Source: Limisphaerales bacterium (GTDB taxonomy: Bacteria; Verrucomicrobiota; Verrucomicrobiia; Limisphaerales; CAIMTB01). Taken from it: DNA of 64,000 nt. The DNA is taken from the NCBI GenBank assembly GCA_050250555.1, contig JBFWOK010000005.1, positions 14,602-78,601 of the forward strand. Direction: 5' to 3'. Position numbers and translations under genes: made by a program. Below the pieces are notes generated by a model. It made no database searches, had not been told where the DNA came from, and saw only the letters and a list, made by a program, of their open reading frames with translations. Of the stretch, positions 17,703-26,925 are shown piece by piece (position 1 is the stretch's first letter; each line of letters begins with the position of its first letter).

Positions 17703-18965
17703 GTGCTCTTTCCGCTGCCCATTCCCCCAACCCACCCGCCTCGCGTCGTGATCACCGGCGGAGGGATCGTCACCGCCCTCGGTTGCGGATGGACCGTCAA
17801 CGCGGAGGGATTCCGGGAAGGCAACGTGGCGTTCGGTCCGGTGCGACTGTTCGACGCCAGCCGTCAGCGCACACGTCGCGCCGCCGAGGTGGTCCTTCCC
17901 GAGACCTTCGAACGCGGCGGCCTTTCGCCCCGGCGATTGACGCGGATGGATCGCGCGGGACGGCTCCTTCTCATGGCGGCGCGGGAAGCCGCGGCCCAGG
18001 CGGATCTCGCAAGGGGGCCGTTCATCGAGCACGAAACCCTTCCCGTGGTTCTCGCCACGACCAGCGCCGGGATGAACCGCGGTCAGGAGTTCTTCCGCGC
18101 CGGCGTGACGTCCACGGCGAGCCGCCGCGGCCAGGCGACCCGCGTGTCGGACTATTTTGTCTGCCGCCAGACGCGGGACCTCGCGGACGACCTCGGGTGG
18201 CACGGGCCGGTGACGGTCATCGCGAACGCGTGCGCGTCGGGCGCCAACGCGGTGGGCCACGCCTGGGAATGGCTGCGCTCCGGTCGCGGACGGCGAGCCA
18301 TCGCGGGTGGCTACGACGCCCTCAGCGAACTGGTCTTCTCCGGATTCGACGCGCTCCAGGCACTGTCACCCACGGTGTGCCGACCGTTCGACAGGGATCG
18401 GGACGGCCTCGGACTGGGCGAAGGTGCCGCCGTGCTGGTGCTGGAAACGCTGGAGTCGGCAAGGGAACGGGGCGCAACGATCCGCGCGGAATTGATCGGC
18501 TATGGATGCTCCACCGACGTGCATCACCTGACCCAACCGCATCCGCAGGGCGTCGCCGCGGTCGCGAGCATGACCGAGGCTGCGCGAGCAGCCGGAATCA
18601 GCCCCGATGCAGTCGGCTACATCAACGCGCACGGAACCGGAACACCCCTGAACGACTCTTCCGAGGCGATCGCGATCCGAACCTGGGCCGGATCCCACGT
18701 GGACCGGCTTCCGGTCAGTTCGACGAAATCGTCCGTCGGCCATCTCCTGGGCGCGGCGGGAGCGGTCGAAGCCGCGGTTTGCGTGATGGCTTTGCAGGGC
18801 CGCTGGCTTCCCCCGACCACCACCCACCGCGAACCCGACCCCGAATGCCGATTCCCCGTGGTCACGGTTCCTACTTCCGCGCCCGACCTCGAAGTCGCGC
18901 TTTCGAATTCATTCGGTTTCGGGGGATCCAACGCGACCCTCGCATTCCGGAGGTGGCGTGAGTGA
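17703..18965 (+). CDS. beta-ketoacyl-ACP synthase (KS, FabF-like)
   Basis: Cys-His-His triad in context: ANACASGANAVG, NAHGTGTPLND, SSVGHLLGAAG. GTG 17703 chosen as start; track ORF 16314..18965 is over-extended. Confidence 0.85.
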   Translation: MLFPLPIPPTHPPRVVITGGGIVTALGCGWTVNAEGFREGNVAFGPVRLFDASRQRTRRAAEVVLPETFERGGLSPRRLTRMDRAGRLLLMAAREAAAQADLARGPFIEHETLPVVLATTSAGMNRGQEFFRAGVTSTASRRGQATRVSDYFVCRQTRDLADDLGWHGPVTVIANACASGANAVGHAWEWLRSGRGRRAIAGGYDALSELVFSGFDALQALSPTVCRPFDRDRDGLGLGEGAAVLVLETLESARERGATIRAELIGYGCSTDVHHLTQPHPQGVAAVASMTEAARAAGISPDAVGYINAHGTGTPLNDSSEAIAIRTWAGSHVDRLPVSSTKSSVGHLLGAAGAVEAAVCVMALQGRWLPPTTTHREPDPECRFPVVTVPTSAPDLEVALSNSFGFGGSNATLAFRRWRE

Positions 18966-20076
18966 CATCGTGGTCACCGGGCTGGGAGCCGTGTCGCCCG
19001 CGGGTTGGGGAGTTGAAGCGCTCATCGACGCGCTTCGAAAAGGAACCGCCCTGCCGTCGACGACGATCCAGGGACCCAAAGCCGACCATCCACTGGCGTT
19101 GCGTCGGGTGCCGGCGCCGGAGACGCGTCCGGGTTTCCTCGCCCAACCGCGGCTCCGAAGATCCAGCCCCATCTCCCATTTCTGCGTCGCAGCCGCCGCG
19201 GAAGCCTTGGGTGGAATCCCGTCGGCGCCGTCGGAATCCGCCGACACCCTCCGGCTCGGGCTCGTTTTCTGCACGATGACGGGTTCGGTGGTCTACTCGC
19301 GGCGGTTTTACGAGGAGGTGCTTCGCGAACCGGTCACCGCGAGCCCCCTGCTTTTTCCCGAGACGGTCTACAACGCTCCCGCCAGCCACCTGGCCGCGGT
19401 CCTGGGAATCCGGGGTCGCGTGCACACCGAAGTGGGAGACGCGGGTTGCCTCCTGAAGGCCCTCGCCACGGCCGCGCTTTGGCTGAACCTCGGGGTCGTG
19501 GATCGTTGCCTGGTGGTGGCCTCCGAGGAAGCGGACTGGCTCGTCGGCGAGGGTCTGCTGCTGCTGAGCCGCACCGCGGTCGGCGCCGAAGGGGCCGCGG
19601 CGCTGGTGCTCGCCCGCGCCGGAGAGGTCCGCGGGCTCGCTCGACTCGACACGATCTCGGATGCCTTCCCGTACGGCGACCAGCGTCCTCCGGATCGCGC
19701 CATCGCGGAGGCTCGCGATCAGTTGGATCCAACCCGTTGGTTCGAAGGCGGGCGAAGACCGCTCCTGGTGGACGGAATCGGTGGCGGCGGAAGACTGGAA
19801 CGCGCGGAACGCGACGCGTGGAGGAGATGGACCGGTGACCGATGGTCCGTGAAGGCCGTCCTGGGCGAAGCCTGGACCGCGGGTGCGGGCTGGCAATGCG
19901 CCGCCGCGGTGGCCGCCGTCGCTCACGGAGATGGCGGAGATGGCAACGCCGACGAGGGATCCCGGGCTTCAACCGAGACGACTTTCGACAGGGCGGTGGT
20001 GAGCGTGGTCGGCACCCAGGAGAACGCCGTCGCGGCGGTGTTCACCCGGTGCGAAGAATTGGGGGGATCGGAATGA
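18958..20076 (+). CDS. KS-like protein lacking the active-site Cys (chain-length-factor-like partner)
   Basis: Thiolase-fold N-terminus IVVTGLGAVSPAGWG, but the position aligned with the KS Cys reads FCTMTGSV. GTG start overlaps the KS stop by 8 bp. Confidence 0.7.
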   Translation: MSDIVVTGLGAVSPAGWGVEALIDALRKGTALPSTTIQGPKADHPLALRRVPAPETRPGFLAQPRLRRSSPISHFCVAAAAEALGGIPSAPSESADTLRLGLVFCTMTGSVVYSRRFYEEVLREPVTASPLLFPETVYNAPASHLAAVLGIRGRVHTEVGDAGCLLKALATAALWLNLGVVDRCLVVASEEADWLVGEGLLLLSRTAVGAEGAAALVLARAGEVRGLARLDTISDAFPYGDQRPPDRAIAEARDQLDPTRWFEGGRRPLLVDGIGGGGRLERAERDAWRRWTGDRWSVKAVLGEAWTAGAGWQCAAAVAAVAHGDGGDGNADEGSRASTETTFDRAVVSVVGTQENAVAAVFTRCEELGGSE

Positions 20077-20801
20077 AACGGGTCATCGTTGTGACAGGCG
20101 GCAACGGAGGTTTGGGCCAGGCGATCGCCAGTGCGTTTCTGGCGGAGGCGGACACTGGAACCGTGGTTTTGAACGTCAATCGCCACCGTGACCGCGCCGA
20201 CGCGCTCGCCGATTCGAGCGAGGGCCGATGCCGGGTGGAGCCGTGGGACGTGACCCAGGCCTCGGAGTGGAAACGGTCGGTGGCCGCGGTGCTCGAACGC
20301 CATGGCCAAATCGACGTGCTGGTGAACAACGCGGGGAATCACGAGGACGGCCTGCTCGCGACGCTTCCGATCGAGGCGTGGGATCGCGTCCTGGCGTTGA
20401 ACCTCGACGGGGTGTTTCACGGCTGCCAGGCGGTGATGCCCGCGATGATCAGCCAGCGAAGCGGCCGCATCGTGAACATCGCTTCGCTGAGCGCCCTCCT
20501 GCCCCCCGCCGGACAGGCGAACTACGCGGCCGCCAAAGCCGGCGTCCTCGCGCTGACGCGTTCGTTGGCGAAGGAGGTGGCCCGCATCGGGATCACGGTG
20601 AACGCGGTCTGCCCCGGGTACATCGAAACGGACGCGCTCGCCGGACTCGATGAGGCGGCGAAACGCTCCGCGCTGGCCCAGATTCCCGCCCGACGCTTCG
20701 GTCGACCCGACGAAGTCGCCGCGGCCGTCCGGTTTCTCGCTTGTTCCGACGCCTCCTATATCACAGGGTCCGTCCTCAAAATCGACGGCGGAATTCTGTG
20801 A
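20073..20801 (+). CDS. 3-oxoacyl-ACP reductase (FabG-type SDR)
   Basis: Trimmed to ATG 20073 (ATGA overlap with the previous stop). Motifs TGGNGGLGQAIA, NNAG, S..YAAAKAG. Confidence 0.85.
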   Translation: MKRVIVVTGGNGGLGQAIASAFLAEADTGTVVLNVNRHRDRADALADSSEGRCRVEPWDVTQASEWKRSVAAVLERHGQIDVLVNNAGNHEDGLLATLPIEAWDRVLALNLDGVFHGCQAVMPAMISQRSGRIVNIASLSALLPPAGQANYAAAKAGVLALTRSLAKEVARIGITVNAVCPGYIETDALAGLDEAAKRSALAQIPARRFGRPDEVAAAVRFLACSDASYITGSVLKIDGGIL

Positions 20802-20808
20802 TGCTGTG

Positions 20809-21120
20809 ATGTCCCACGAACTCGAACTCGAAGCAGGAAATCTCAGGCGGCAACTCAAGGAACTCATGGTCGAGACCCTGATGCTGCAAGTGACACCCGC
20901 CGAGATCGGGGACGATCAACCCCTTTTCGGCCCCGAAAGCCTCGGACTCGATTCCGTCGATGCGCTCCAACTCGTGGTGGCGCTGGAAAAGGGCTTCGGG
21001 TTCAGGATCGCCGATTCCGCCGCCGCGCGGGAAATCCTGCGAAGCGTCGCGACGATCGCCCAGGCGCTCGAGAAACACCGCGATCCCGGTTCCAGCATTC
21101 ATCAGCCTGGAACAGCCTAG
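20809..21120 (+). CDS. acyl carrier protein
   Basis: 103 aa from ATG 20809. Phosphopantetheine attachment site LGLDSVDALQLV. Confidence 0.8.
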   Translation: MSHELELEAGNLRRQLKELMVETLMLQVTPAEIGDDQPLFGPESLGLDSVDALQLVVALEKGFGFRIADSAAAREILRSVATIAQALEKHRDPGSSIHQPGTA

Positions 21121-22661
21121 CGGATCTTCGCGTCGGGCAGTTCCGTCTTGATCCCGGCATCGAGCGGCATCACGTCCTTGCCCGGAGTCAGGCCGGCCGC
21201 GGCCAGCGCGCCCGCCAGTTCGGCTTCAAGGCGCGCCCGGGTTTCGGAGTGCTCCGGGGACCGCGCCAGATTGCGGAGTTCACCCGGGTCGTCGACGAGG
21301 TTGTACAGTTCCGGAAGATGCCGGTCCGGCGAACCGTCGCCGTGAGGGTAACGGACATACTTCCAAGTGTCGGTCCGGATTCCCCGGATGTTGGGAGTGT
21401 AGGGAAATTGCTTCTCGTAGTTGTACTCGTAGAACCAGGAGGTGCGCCAGGCGGGGTCGCCGGAGCGCGCCAGCGTCACCCAGGACCGTCCCTGGATGCC
21501 GGGAATCGCCGGGGCGCCGCAAAGTTCGAGCAGGCTGGGGGCGATGTCCACGGTGAGGGTCTGCCCCTGGATCACCTTCCCCGAAGGCAGGCCCGGACCG
21601 CGCGCGATGATCGGGATGCGAATGCTGGGTTCATGCATGGTGCGCTTGTCGACCATTCCGTGTTCGCCTTCCAGAAGTCCGTTGTCCCCCATGAAGACGA
21701 TCACGGTGCGGTCGTACTGACCGGTCTCACGCAGGTGGGCGACCAACCGGCCAACGCTGTCGTCGATGCTCAGGATCGTCCCCCAATAGGCGTGCACCAT
21801 GTTCTCGAAGTCCCGCACCGCCTCCGGCCGGTTGTCGGGGAACACTTTCCTCCAATCGAAGAGGGGCCCGTAGATGCCGTGCCACGTGCTGAGCCGCTGG
21901 CGGATCCAATCGGGCTTCATCTCCAGCTGAAAGGCGCTGGCGGGATAAGGGACGCGAACGTTGTCAAAGGTGTGGGCGTACTTCTCCTCGGGGAAATAGA
22001 ACGAGTGGGGCGCCTTCTGACCAATGCAGAGCGCCCATGGCTTCCCGGGCTTCTGTTGCTTCAGCCAGTCGACGGCGTAGTCGGTGACCACGTGGGTGTA
22101 GTAGCCCTTCGGCGTTTCGCGACGCAGTCCGTTGACGTTCCATTCGGTGTCGAAGTACTTGCCCTGGCCCTTGTGGGTGACGAACCAGTCGAAACCGGGG
22201 CGCGGAGCGTCGTTGGTCTCGCCCATGTGCCACTTGCCAAGGTAGGCGGTGGAATACCCCTGCTCTTGAAGGCGCGCGGGCCACTGGGGAAGACGGGCCG
22301 GGAGTTCGGTGAAATTGTCGCGGACCCCATGCCGGCTGGCGTAGAGGCCGGTCAGGATGCTCGCCCGACTGGGCGAACAGAGGGACGTCGTGCAAAACGC
22401 GTTCGCGAAACGGACGCCATCGCGGGCAAGCGCGTCGATGTGCGGCGTCCTGACGTGCGCGGACCCGTAGCAGCCCACCGCGTCCGGCCGGATGTCATCA
22501 CAAAGGATGAAGAGAACGTTCGGCCGGGACCCGGACGACGCGGAATCGGCCGCCGACGCGCGGGTCGCGCACAACGCGGCGGCGGCGATCAACAGGACGA
22601 ACGCTCGAAACCATGCGGGACCGAATCGGCGGTGCGGGGATGGAAATTGGAATGGGAACAT
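21117..22661 (-). CDS. secreted sulfatase (formylglycine-dependent, N-acetylglucosamine-6-sulfatase-like)
   Basis: Signal peptide; PNVLFILCDD; formylglycine motif CSPSRASILTG. Converges on the ACP gene with a 4-bp overlap. Confidence 0.85.
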   Translation of the reverse strand: MFPFQFPSPHRRFGPAWFRAFVLLIAAAALCATRASAADSASSGSRPNVLFILCDDIRPDAVGCYGSAHVRTPHIDALARDGVRFANAFCTTSLCSPSRASILTGLYASRHGVRDNFTELPARLPQWPARLQEQGYSTAYLGKWHMGETNDAPRPGFDWFVTHKGQGKYFDTEWNVNGLRRETPKGYYTHVVTDYAVDWLKQQKPGKPWALCIGQKAPHSFYFPEEKYAHTFDNVRVPYPASAFQLEMKPDWIRQRLSTWHGIYGPLFDWRKVFPDNRPEAVRDFENMVHAYWGTILSIDDSVGRLVAHLRETGQYDRTVIVFMGDNGLLEGEHGMVDKRTMHEPSIRIPIIARGPGLPSGKVIQGQTLTVDIAPSLLELCGAPAIPGIQGRSWVTLARSGDPAWRTSWFYEYNYEKQFPYTPNIRGIRTDTWKYVRYPHGDGSPDRHLPELYNLVDDPGELRNLARSPEHSETRARLEAELAGALAAAGLTPGKDVMPLDAGIKTELPDAKIR

Positions 22662-22756
22662 GGGGGGCCAGTGCTTCCAAAGGTTGCGTGGACGCCGGTG
22701 ATCCTGCCACCGGACCCGCCCGCGTTGACAAGGCCTTTCCCCGCGCCTCCGGCATA

Positions 22757-22883
22757 GGGGTCAGTTCTTGTTATTGTCGCATCGTGCTTGAGGGATTCGT
22801 CACGGCCGGTGTCGGGTGGGGTGGGGTGGGGTGGAAAACTCCGCTACAGCGTCTGGGTGTTGTCAATAACAAGAACTGACCCC
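22757..22883. repeat. 127-bp MITE-like element with 20-bp perfect terminal inverted repeats (copy 1)
   Basis: GGGGTCAGTTCTTGTTATTG ... CAATAACAAGAACTGACCCC, with A+T-rich arms in a G+C-rich genome. Lies in the gap between the STK stop and the sulfatase start. Near-identical copy at 28212-28333. Confidence 0.8.
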
Positions 22884-22889
22884 TTTGAG

Positions 22890-25778
22890 CTACTCCGCCG
22901 TGACGGCGACCAGGAAAGGTTCCGTCTGAACCGAAGCCCAAGCGAAATCCAGCGTCCGGATTTCGACATTCGGACGGGGATTGGTCCAGGTGATCTTGTA
23001 CAGGCGCTTTCGCAACCCCAGGGAACGGGCGGATTCGTTGGATCCGTCCCACGCAATGGACATGGCCGCGGGAACCTCGTCGCTTGCGGAGGCCGTCCAG
23101 TCGGTGATCGTCCGCTCCAGCACCAGGGGGACCTCCTCGGACCCGCCATCGACGTAGTTGAGAATGTAACGTCCGACCTGGGTGCCAGGCGGATCGATTC
23201 CCCACGCGGCCCCCTGCAGGAAATGCAGTGCCACGCACTTCATTCCGATCGGGATGCCGCGGATCCTCCGCGGATAGCCGTGGAGCGAACCCAATTGGAG
23301 GATGCCGCGGATATCGAAGGGAACGCCCGCGAGGGTTCGGACGCCGGAGGGCAGTTCGCGAAGACTGTTGTCATTGTCGCCGGGTGATCCGCCCCAGTTG
23401 TCGTCGAGCGACGCCACGTAGTAGCCGGTCAAGTCGATCAATCGACGCAGTGTGTCGGCGGCTCTGGGAGGAACACGCGAGGGATCGCGCGGGGGAAGGG
23501 TGGCGGAGTAGGAAGGAACCGAGCTGTTGAACAGGCGTTCGATCTCACGAGGACTCGCCGCGTCCCAGAGGTGGATCTCGCCTCGGCGACCTCCGATCAG
23601 CGTCGAACCATCCGGCGAAAAACGGACAAACTCCGCCCCGGATCGAGGCAGGAGCGTCGCCAGTCGACGTTCGGTCGCGACGTTCCAAAGCGATACGCCT
23701 CCGTCGGCGCACGCGAGGGTCTGGCCGTCCTTGGAGAAAGCCATCCAGACGGGAAGGTCCGAGAAGAACCCATGCAGCGGCTTGCCGGAGTCGACGTCGT
23801 AGATCCGGATTTGACGGAAGTTGCCGGCCGCGACAAGCCGTCCGTCTGGGGAAAACGCAACGGGGGTCGAGCTCCCCCTTTTCTTGACGATCTGCTGCCG
23901 ATCCAAGCGTTGGAACCACAACTCGGACTCCAGCGTGATGGCGAGCACCCGGTTGTCGGGCGAAAAGGCGAGGCTCCAGACCCGTTGGTTCGCGGGGCTC
24001 AGTTCGCGGACGGAGAGTCCGTCGTCGACGCTCCTCAGTCGAAGCTTGCCGGCCGGATCGCCGGTTGCGAGCCATCGTCCATCCGTCGAGAGGCAGGCCG
24101 CGCTCACGATCTCATTGGTGGTTTCCGGGGACCACGCGCGCAGGCGCGATCCGGATCGGACATCCCAGAATTCCAGTCCTCCGAACGGGCCGGCTTCGAG
24201 GGGAAGTGGAGTCGGAATGGCGGCGGTGATGAGGATTGAACCGTCCTCCGAGAAGCCGAGTGGGTTCAGGCCCGCCGGCAGGCGGAGAACGACTTCACGG
24301 CGGCTTCGGTCCCAAAGATTCACCAAACCTCGGGCGTCGGCGTAGGCGACCAAGGACGAGTCGGGTGAGAAGACGGGAGGCGTCTGCGCGCCGACCACGG
24401 GTTCGACGGGCAGGTCGGTTTCCACGATCGGCGGCGGCGAATTCGTTGAAAGGCGATCGGCATGGGTTTCGATCCAGCTCAAACAACGTTTGGCGAAGAA
24501 CCACCATTCCCATCCGCGAAAGTCCGGTTCGCCCGGGCTTGGTTCATAGGCGAGCAGTTGATCCACGGCACGTCCGGTGTTGCCCAGGTCCAAGGCCTGT
24601 TGAATGCCGAGCATGTCGGTGGCGTAAAGTTGGTGGCGCGCGGTCAGGGCGCTGGCCTCCGCGCGTTCACGGGAAGCCTCGGCGCGCCGCCATTGCCATG
24701 TGATACCTGCGAAACCGAGCAGCCCAAGGACTCCGGCAAGGAAAGCGAGCCCGGCGAGCGCAGGCTTGCGCTGAATCCATCGGATGCACCGCTCGGTCGG
24801 GCCCGCGGGCCGGGCGAGCGTCGGCTCGCCGCGAAGGAAGCATTGAAGATCTTCGGAGAATGCCGAAGCCGAGGCGTACCTATTCCGTTCGTTCTTGGCC
24901 AGACATCGGAGGCAGACACTCGCAAGGTCGACAGGAACCTCGGCGTTCAGAAGCCGCGGAGAGACGGGTTCTTGTTCCACGACCTGACGGAGCGTTTCGC
25001 TCACGCTGGCTCCGGCGAACGGCGGTCGCCCGGTCAGAAGGTGGTAGAGGAGTGCTCCCAACGCATAGATGTCGGCGGCTGGTCCCAAGCTCTTGTGCCC
25101 CGCCGCTTGTTCCGGAGGCATGTAGCCGGGAGTCCCCAGCACCTGTCCGGTGAGAGTAAGGCTGCTCCCCTCGCCCAGCGGGCGCGCCAACCCGAAGTCG
25201 GTCACACAGGCGTTGCCGTCCGCATCGATCAGGACGTTGGACGGCTTGAGGTCCCGATGAAGGATGCCCCGCGCGTGCGCGTGCCGCACCGCATCGGCAA
25301 TCTGAACAGCCAGCAAGGCAGCCTCGCGGGCGGGTAAGGGACCGTTCCGGGTCCGTTCGGCCAGATTTCCGCCCTCGACATAGTCCATCGTGAAGTACGG
25401 CTGACCCTCGTCCTCGCCGACTTGGTGGATGGCAACGATGCGCGGATGGTCGAGCTTCGCGATCGCTTCCGCCTCGGACCGAAACCGCCGGCGTTCCTCG
25501 GCGCTGGCGAGGACCTGGTCACGCAGCACTTTGACCGCCACCTCACGATCAAGGCTTCGCTGTCGGGCCCGGTAAACAACGCCCATGCCACCGCGCGCAA
25601 TCTCTTCGAGCAAATCGTAGTCTCCGAGACGACGAAGCGGTGTCGCGGCTGGATCTTCAGAGCTGCTCGGGACGCCCCCCAGGATCAGACCCGCGAGGCA
25701 GCGTGGACACGGGCCGTCGGTGGTTTCCGTGCCGCACCTCGGGCACCGACCGTCCGCTGGATTCGCTTGGCGGGTCAT
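22890..25778 (-). CDS. Ser/Thr protein kinase with zinc ribbon, TM segment, WD40 beta-propeller and an uncharacterised C-terminal domain
   Basis: CPRCGTETTDGPCPRC; kinase motifs GGMGVVYRA, VAVK, HRDLKPSN, DFG, MPPEQ. One TM segment (ALAGLAFLAGVLGLLGFAGI) is followed by WD40-like repeats. The last ~200 aa have no motif I recognise. Confidence 0.85.
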   Translation of the reverse strand: MTRQANPADGRCPRCGTETTDGPCPRCLAGLILGGVPSSSEDPAATPLRRLGDYDLLEEIARGGMGVVYRARQRSLDREVAVKVLRDQVLASAEERRRFRSEAEAIAKLDHPRIVAIHQVGEDEGQPYFTMDYVEGGNLAERTRNGPLPAREAALLAVQIADAVRHAHARGILHRDLKPSNVLIDADGNACVTDFGLARPLGEGSSLTLTGQVLGTPGYMPPEQAAGHKSLGPAADIYALGALLYHLLTGRPPFAGASVSETLRQVVEQEPVSPRLLNAEVPVDLASVCLRCLAKNERNRYASASAFSEDLQCFLRGEPTLARPAGPTERCIRWIQRKPALAGLAFLAGVLGLLGFAGITWQWRRAEASRERAEASALTARHQLYATDMLGIQQALDLGNTGRAVDQLLAYEPSPGEPDFRGWEWWFFAKRCLSWIETHADRLSTNSPPPIVETDLPVEPVVGAQTPPVFSPDSSLVAYADARGLVNLWDRSRREVVLRLPAGLNPLGFSEDGSILITAAIPTPLPLEAGPFGGLEFWDVRSGSRLRAWSPETTNEIVSAACLSTDGRWLATGDPAGKLRLRSVDDGLSVRELSPANQRVWSLAFSPDNRVLAITLESELWFQRLDRQQIVKKRGSSTPVAFSPDGRLVAAGNFRQIRIYDVDSGKPLHGFFSDLPVWMAFSKDGQTLACADGGVSLWNVATERRLATLLPRSGAEFVRFSPDGSTLIGGRRGEIHLWDAASPREIERLFNSSVPSYSATLPPRDPSRVPPRAADTLRRLIDLTGYYVASLDDNWGGSPGDNDNSLRELPSGVRTLAGVPFDIRGILQLGSLHGYPRRIRGIPIGMKCVALHFLQGAAWGIDPPGTQVGRYILNYVDGGSEEVPLVLERTITDWTASASDEVPAAMSIAWDGSNESARSLGLRKRLYKITWTNPRPNVEIRTLDFAWASVQTEPFLVAVTAE

Positions 25779-25874
25779 GGATCGCCTCCGAAAACCGGTT
25801 CCGGGCGGGATTGCATTCTGCTCCTTGGTTTCAAGTCAAAGTGAGGACGGCCGATGGCACCCGCCCGAAAAATA

Positions 25875-26624
25875 TCAGCGCATCCAGATTTCCATGAGAT
25901 GGCGCATCTCCTCGTCGGCCTGCTCCGGCGACGCTACCGTCTGCAGGATCTCCGACCGGATCAGTTCCTGAAGTCGGAGACGAAGGCGATGAACCGTCAC
26001 AGCCACGGTTCCCTCGGCCATTCCGAGGCGCGCTCCAACCACGGCGTAGTCTCCAGGATCGGCACCGTCGAGGAATGGAGCGAGGTTCTCGAAGAGTTCC
26101 GCCTTGCCCCGCGCGCCGTAGTCCTGGCCGAGGCGGGCCATCGCCCTCGAGAGCACCGTGCGGAACCACTGACGGTCGTACGCGAGTTCGGGGCTGACCG
26201 CCGACAGATCCACCGCGCAAAGGGCTTCCGCTTCGTCGATGTGGATGGGGAGGTGCGTCTGTCCGCCACCCCGTTTCAGCGCCTTCTGGCGCTCCACTTG
26301 TTGGAGGACATGATTTCGCAGTGATACGAGGAGAAAGGTGCGGAACCGGCCCTTTTCAGGACGGACGGAACTGAGGTCGGCACGCTCCACGACTCGGCCG
26401 AGAAATCCCTGAACGAGGTCCTCGGCGTCGTGGGGGGTATGGCCTTGTCGGCGCAGGAACGCATAGAGAGGCCGCCAATAGCTCCGGCAAAGTGTGTTCA
26501 AGGCCCGGGCCGACTCGGTCGCATCCGACACGCCAGCCTTCAAAACAAGGCTCCAATGAGTCTCCGGAAACGTCCCGGCCGCCTTGTGGCGCGTACGAGT
26601 GTCGTCGGGCCCGGTCGAACTCAT
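25875..26624 (-). CDS. ECF-type RNA polymerase sigma factor (STK-associated, paralog of 2202-2939)
   Basis: Trimmed to ATG 26624 (frame-checked). ETHWSLVLKA..YWRPLYAFLRRQGHTPHDAEDLVQGF and the C-terminal ..DEEMRHLMEIW parallel the first sigma factor. Confidence 0.85.
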   Translation of the reverse strand: MSSTGPDDTRTRHKAAGTFPETHWSLVLKAGVSDATESARALNTLCRSYWRPLYAFLRRQGHTPHDAEDLVQGFLGRVVERADLSSVRPEKGRFRTFLLVSLRNHVLQQVERQKALKRGGGQTHLPIHIDEAEALCAVDLSAVSPELAYDRQWFRTVLSRAMARLGQDYGARGKAELFENLAPFLDGADPGDYAVVGARLGMAEGTVAVTVHRLRLRLQELIRSEILQTVASPEQADEEMRHLMEIWMR

Positions 26625-26925
26625 TTCAAGCCTAGATTCACGCGTTTGGGCTCGCCGTGGCAAGGCCCCGAAACGTGGCCTCGATGATCCGTGCCTTCCT
26701 TCGGGGAGGCCTGTCCTCGGGTGGATCCTTGGATGCCTTGATGTCACCATGCCGCCACGGTCCGTCGTTCGGGAGCCGGATTTTTGCTCAGAGACGTGTA
26801 ATCCTGGGAAACCATTTCGGCTTAATCCTCCGAGACGATACGTACCCTGTCGCATTTCTTGCGCTCGGGGAGGGGTCGAACCCCATCCCGGAGAATGTTC
26901 AGCGCGGATTCAACCGACGAGACCT

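Noticed and set aside
16314-18965. 883-aa plus-strand ORF suggesting a giant KS fusion protein
   Set aside because: The first ~460 codons are antisense to the halogenase-like gene and have no domain content. KS homology begins at ..RVVITGGG, so it was trimmed to GTG 17703.
21249-22757. 502-aa plus-strand ORF opposite the sulfatase
   Set aside because: It is an antisense shadow. The minus strand has a signal peptide and the CSPSR formylglycine motif.
22613-22879. Shared peptide GVSSCYCRIVLEGFVTAGVG in ORFs 22613..22879 and 28101..28319, a possible small conserved protein
   Set aside because: The shared peptide is the translation of the repeated TIR element. In both cases the ORF enters from unrelated upstream sequence, there is no start codon within the element, and the frames end at different points.
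26797-26826. TGTAATC...TTTCGG upstream of the esterase, as a third copy of the ECF promoter-like motif
   Set aside because: The first box differs (T for C), the second box is only partially similar and the spacing is 3 nt shorter. This is too weak to call.
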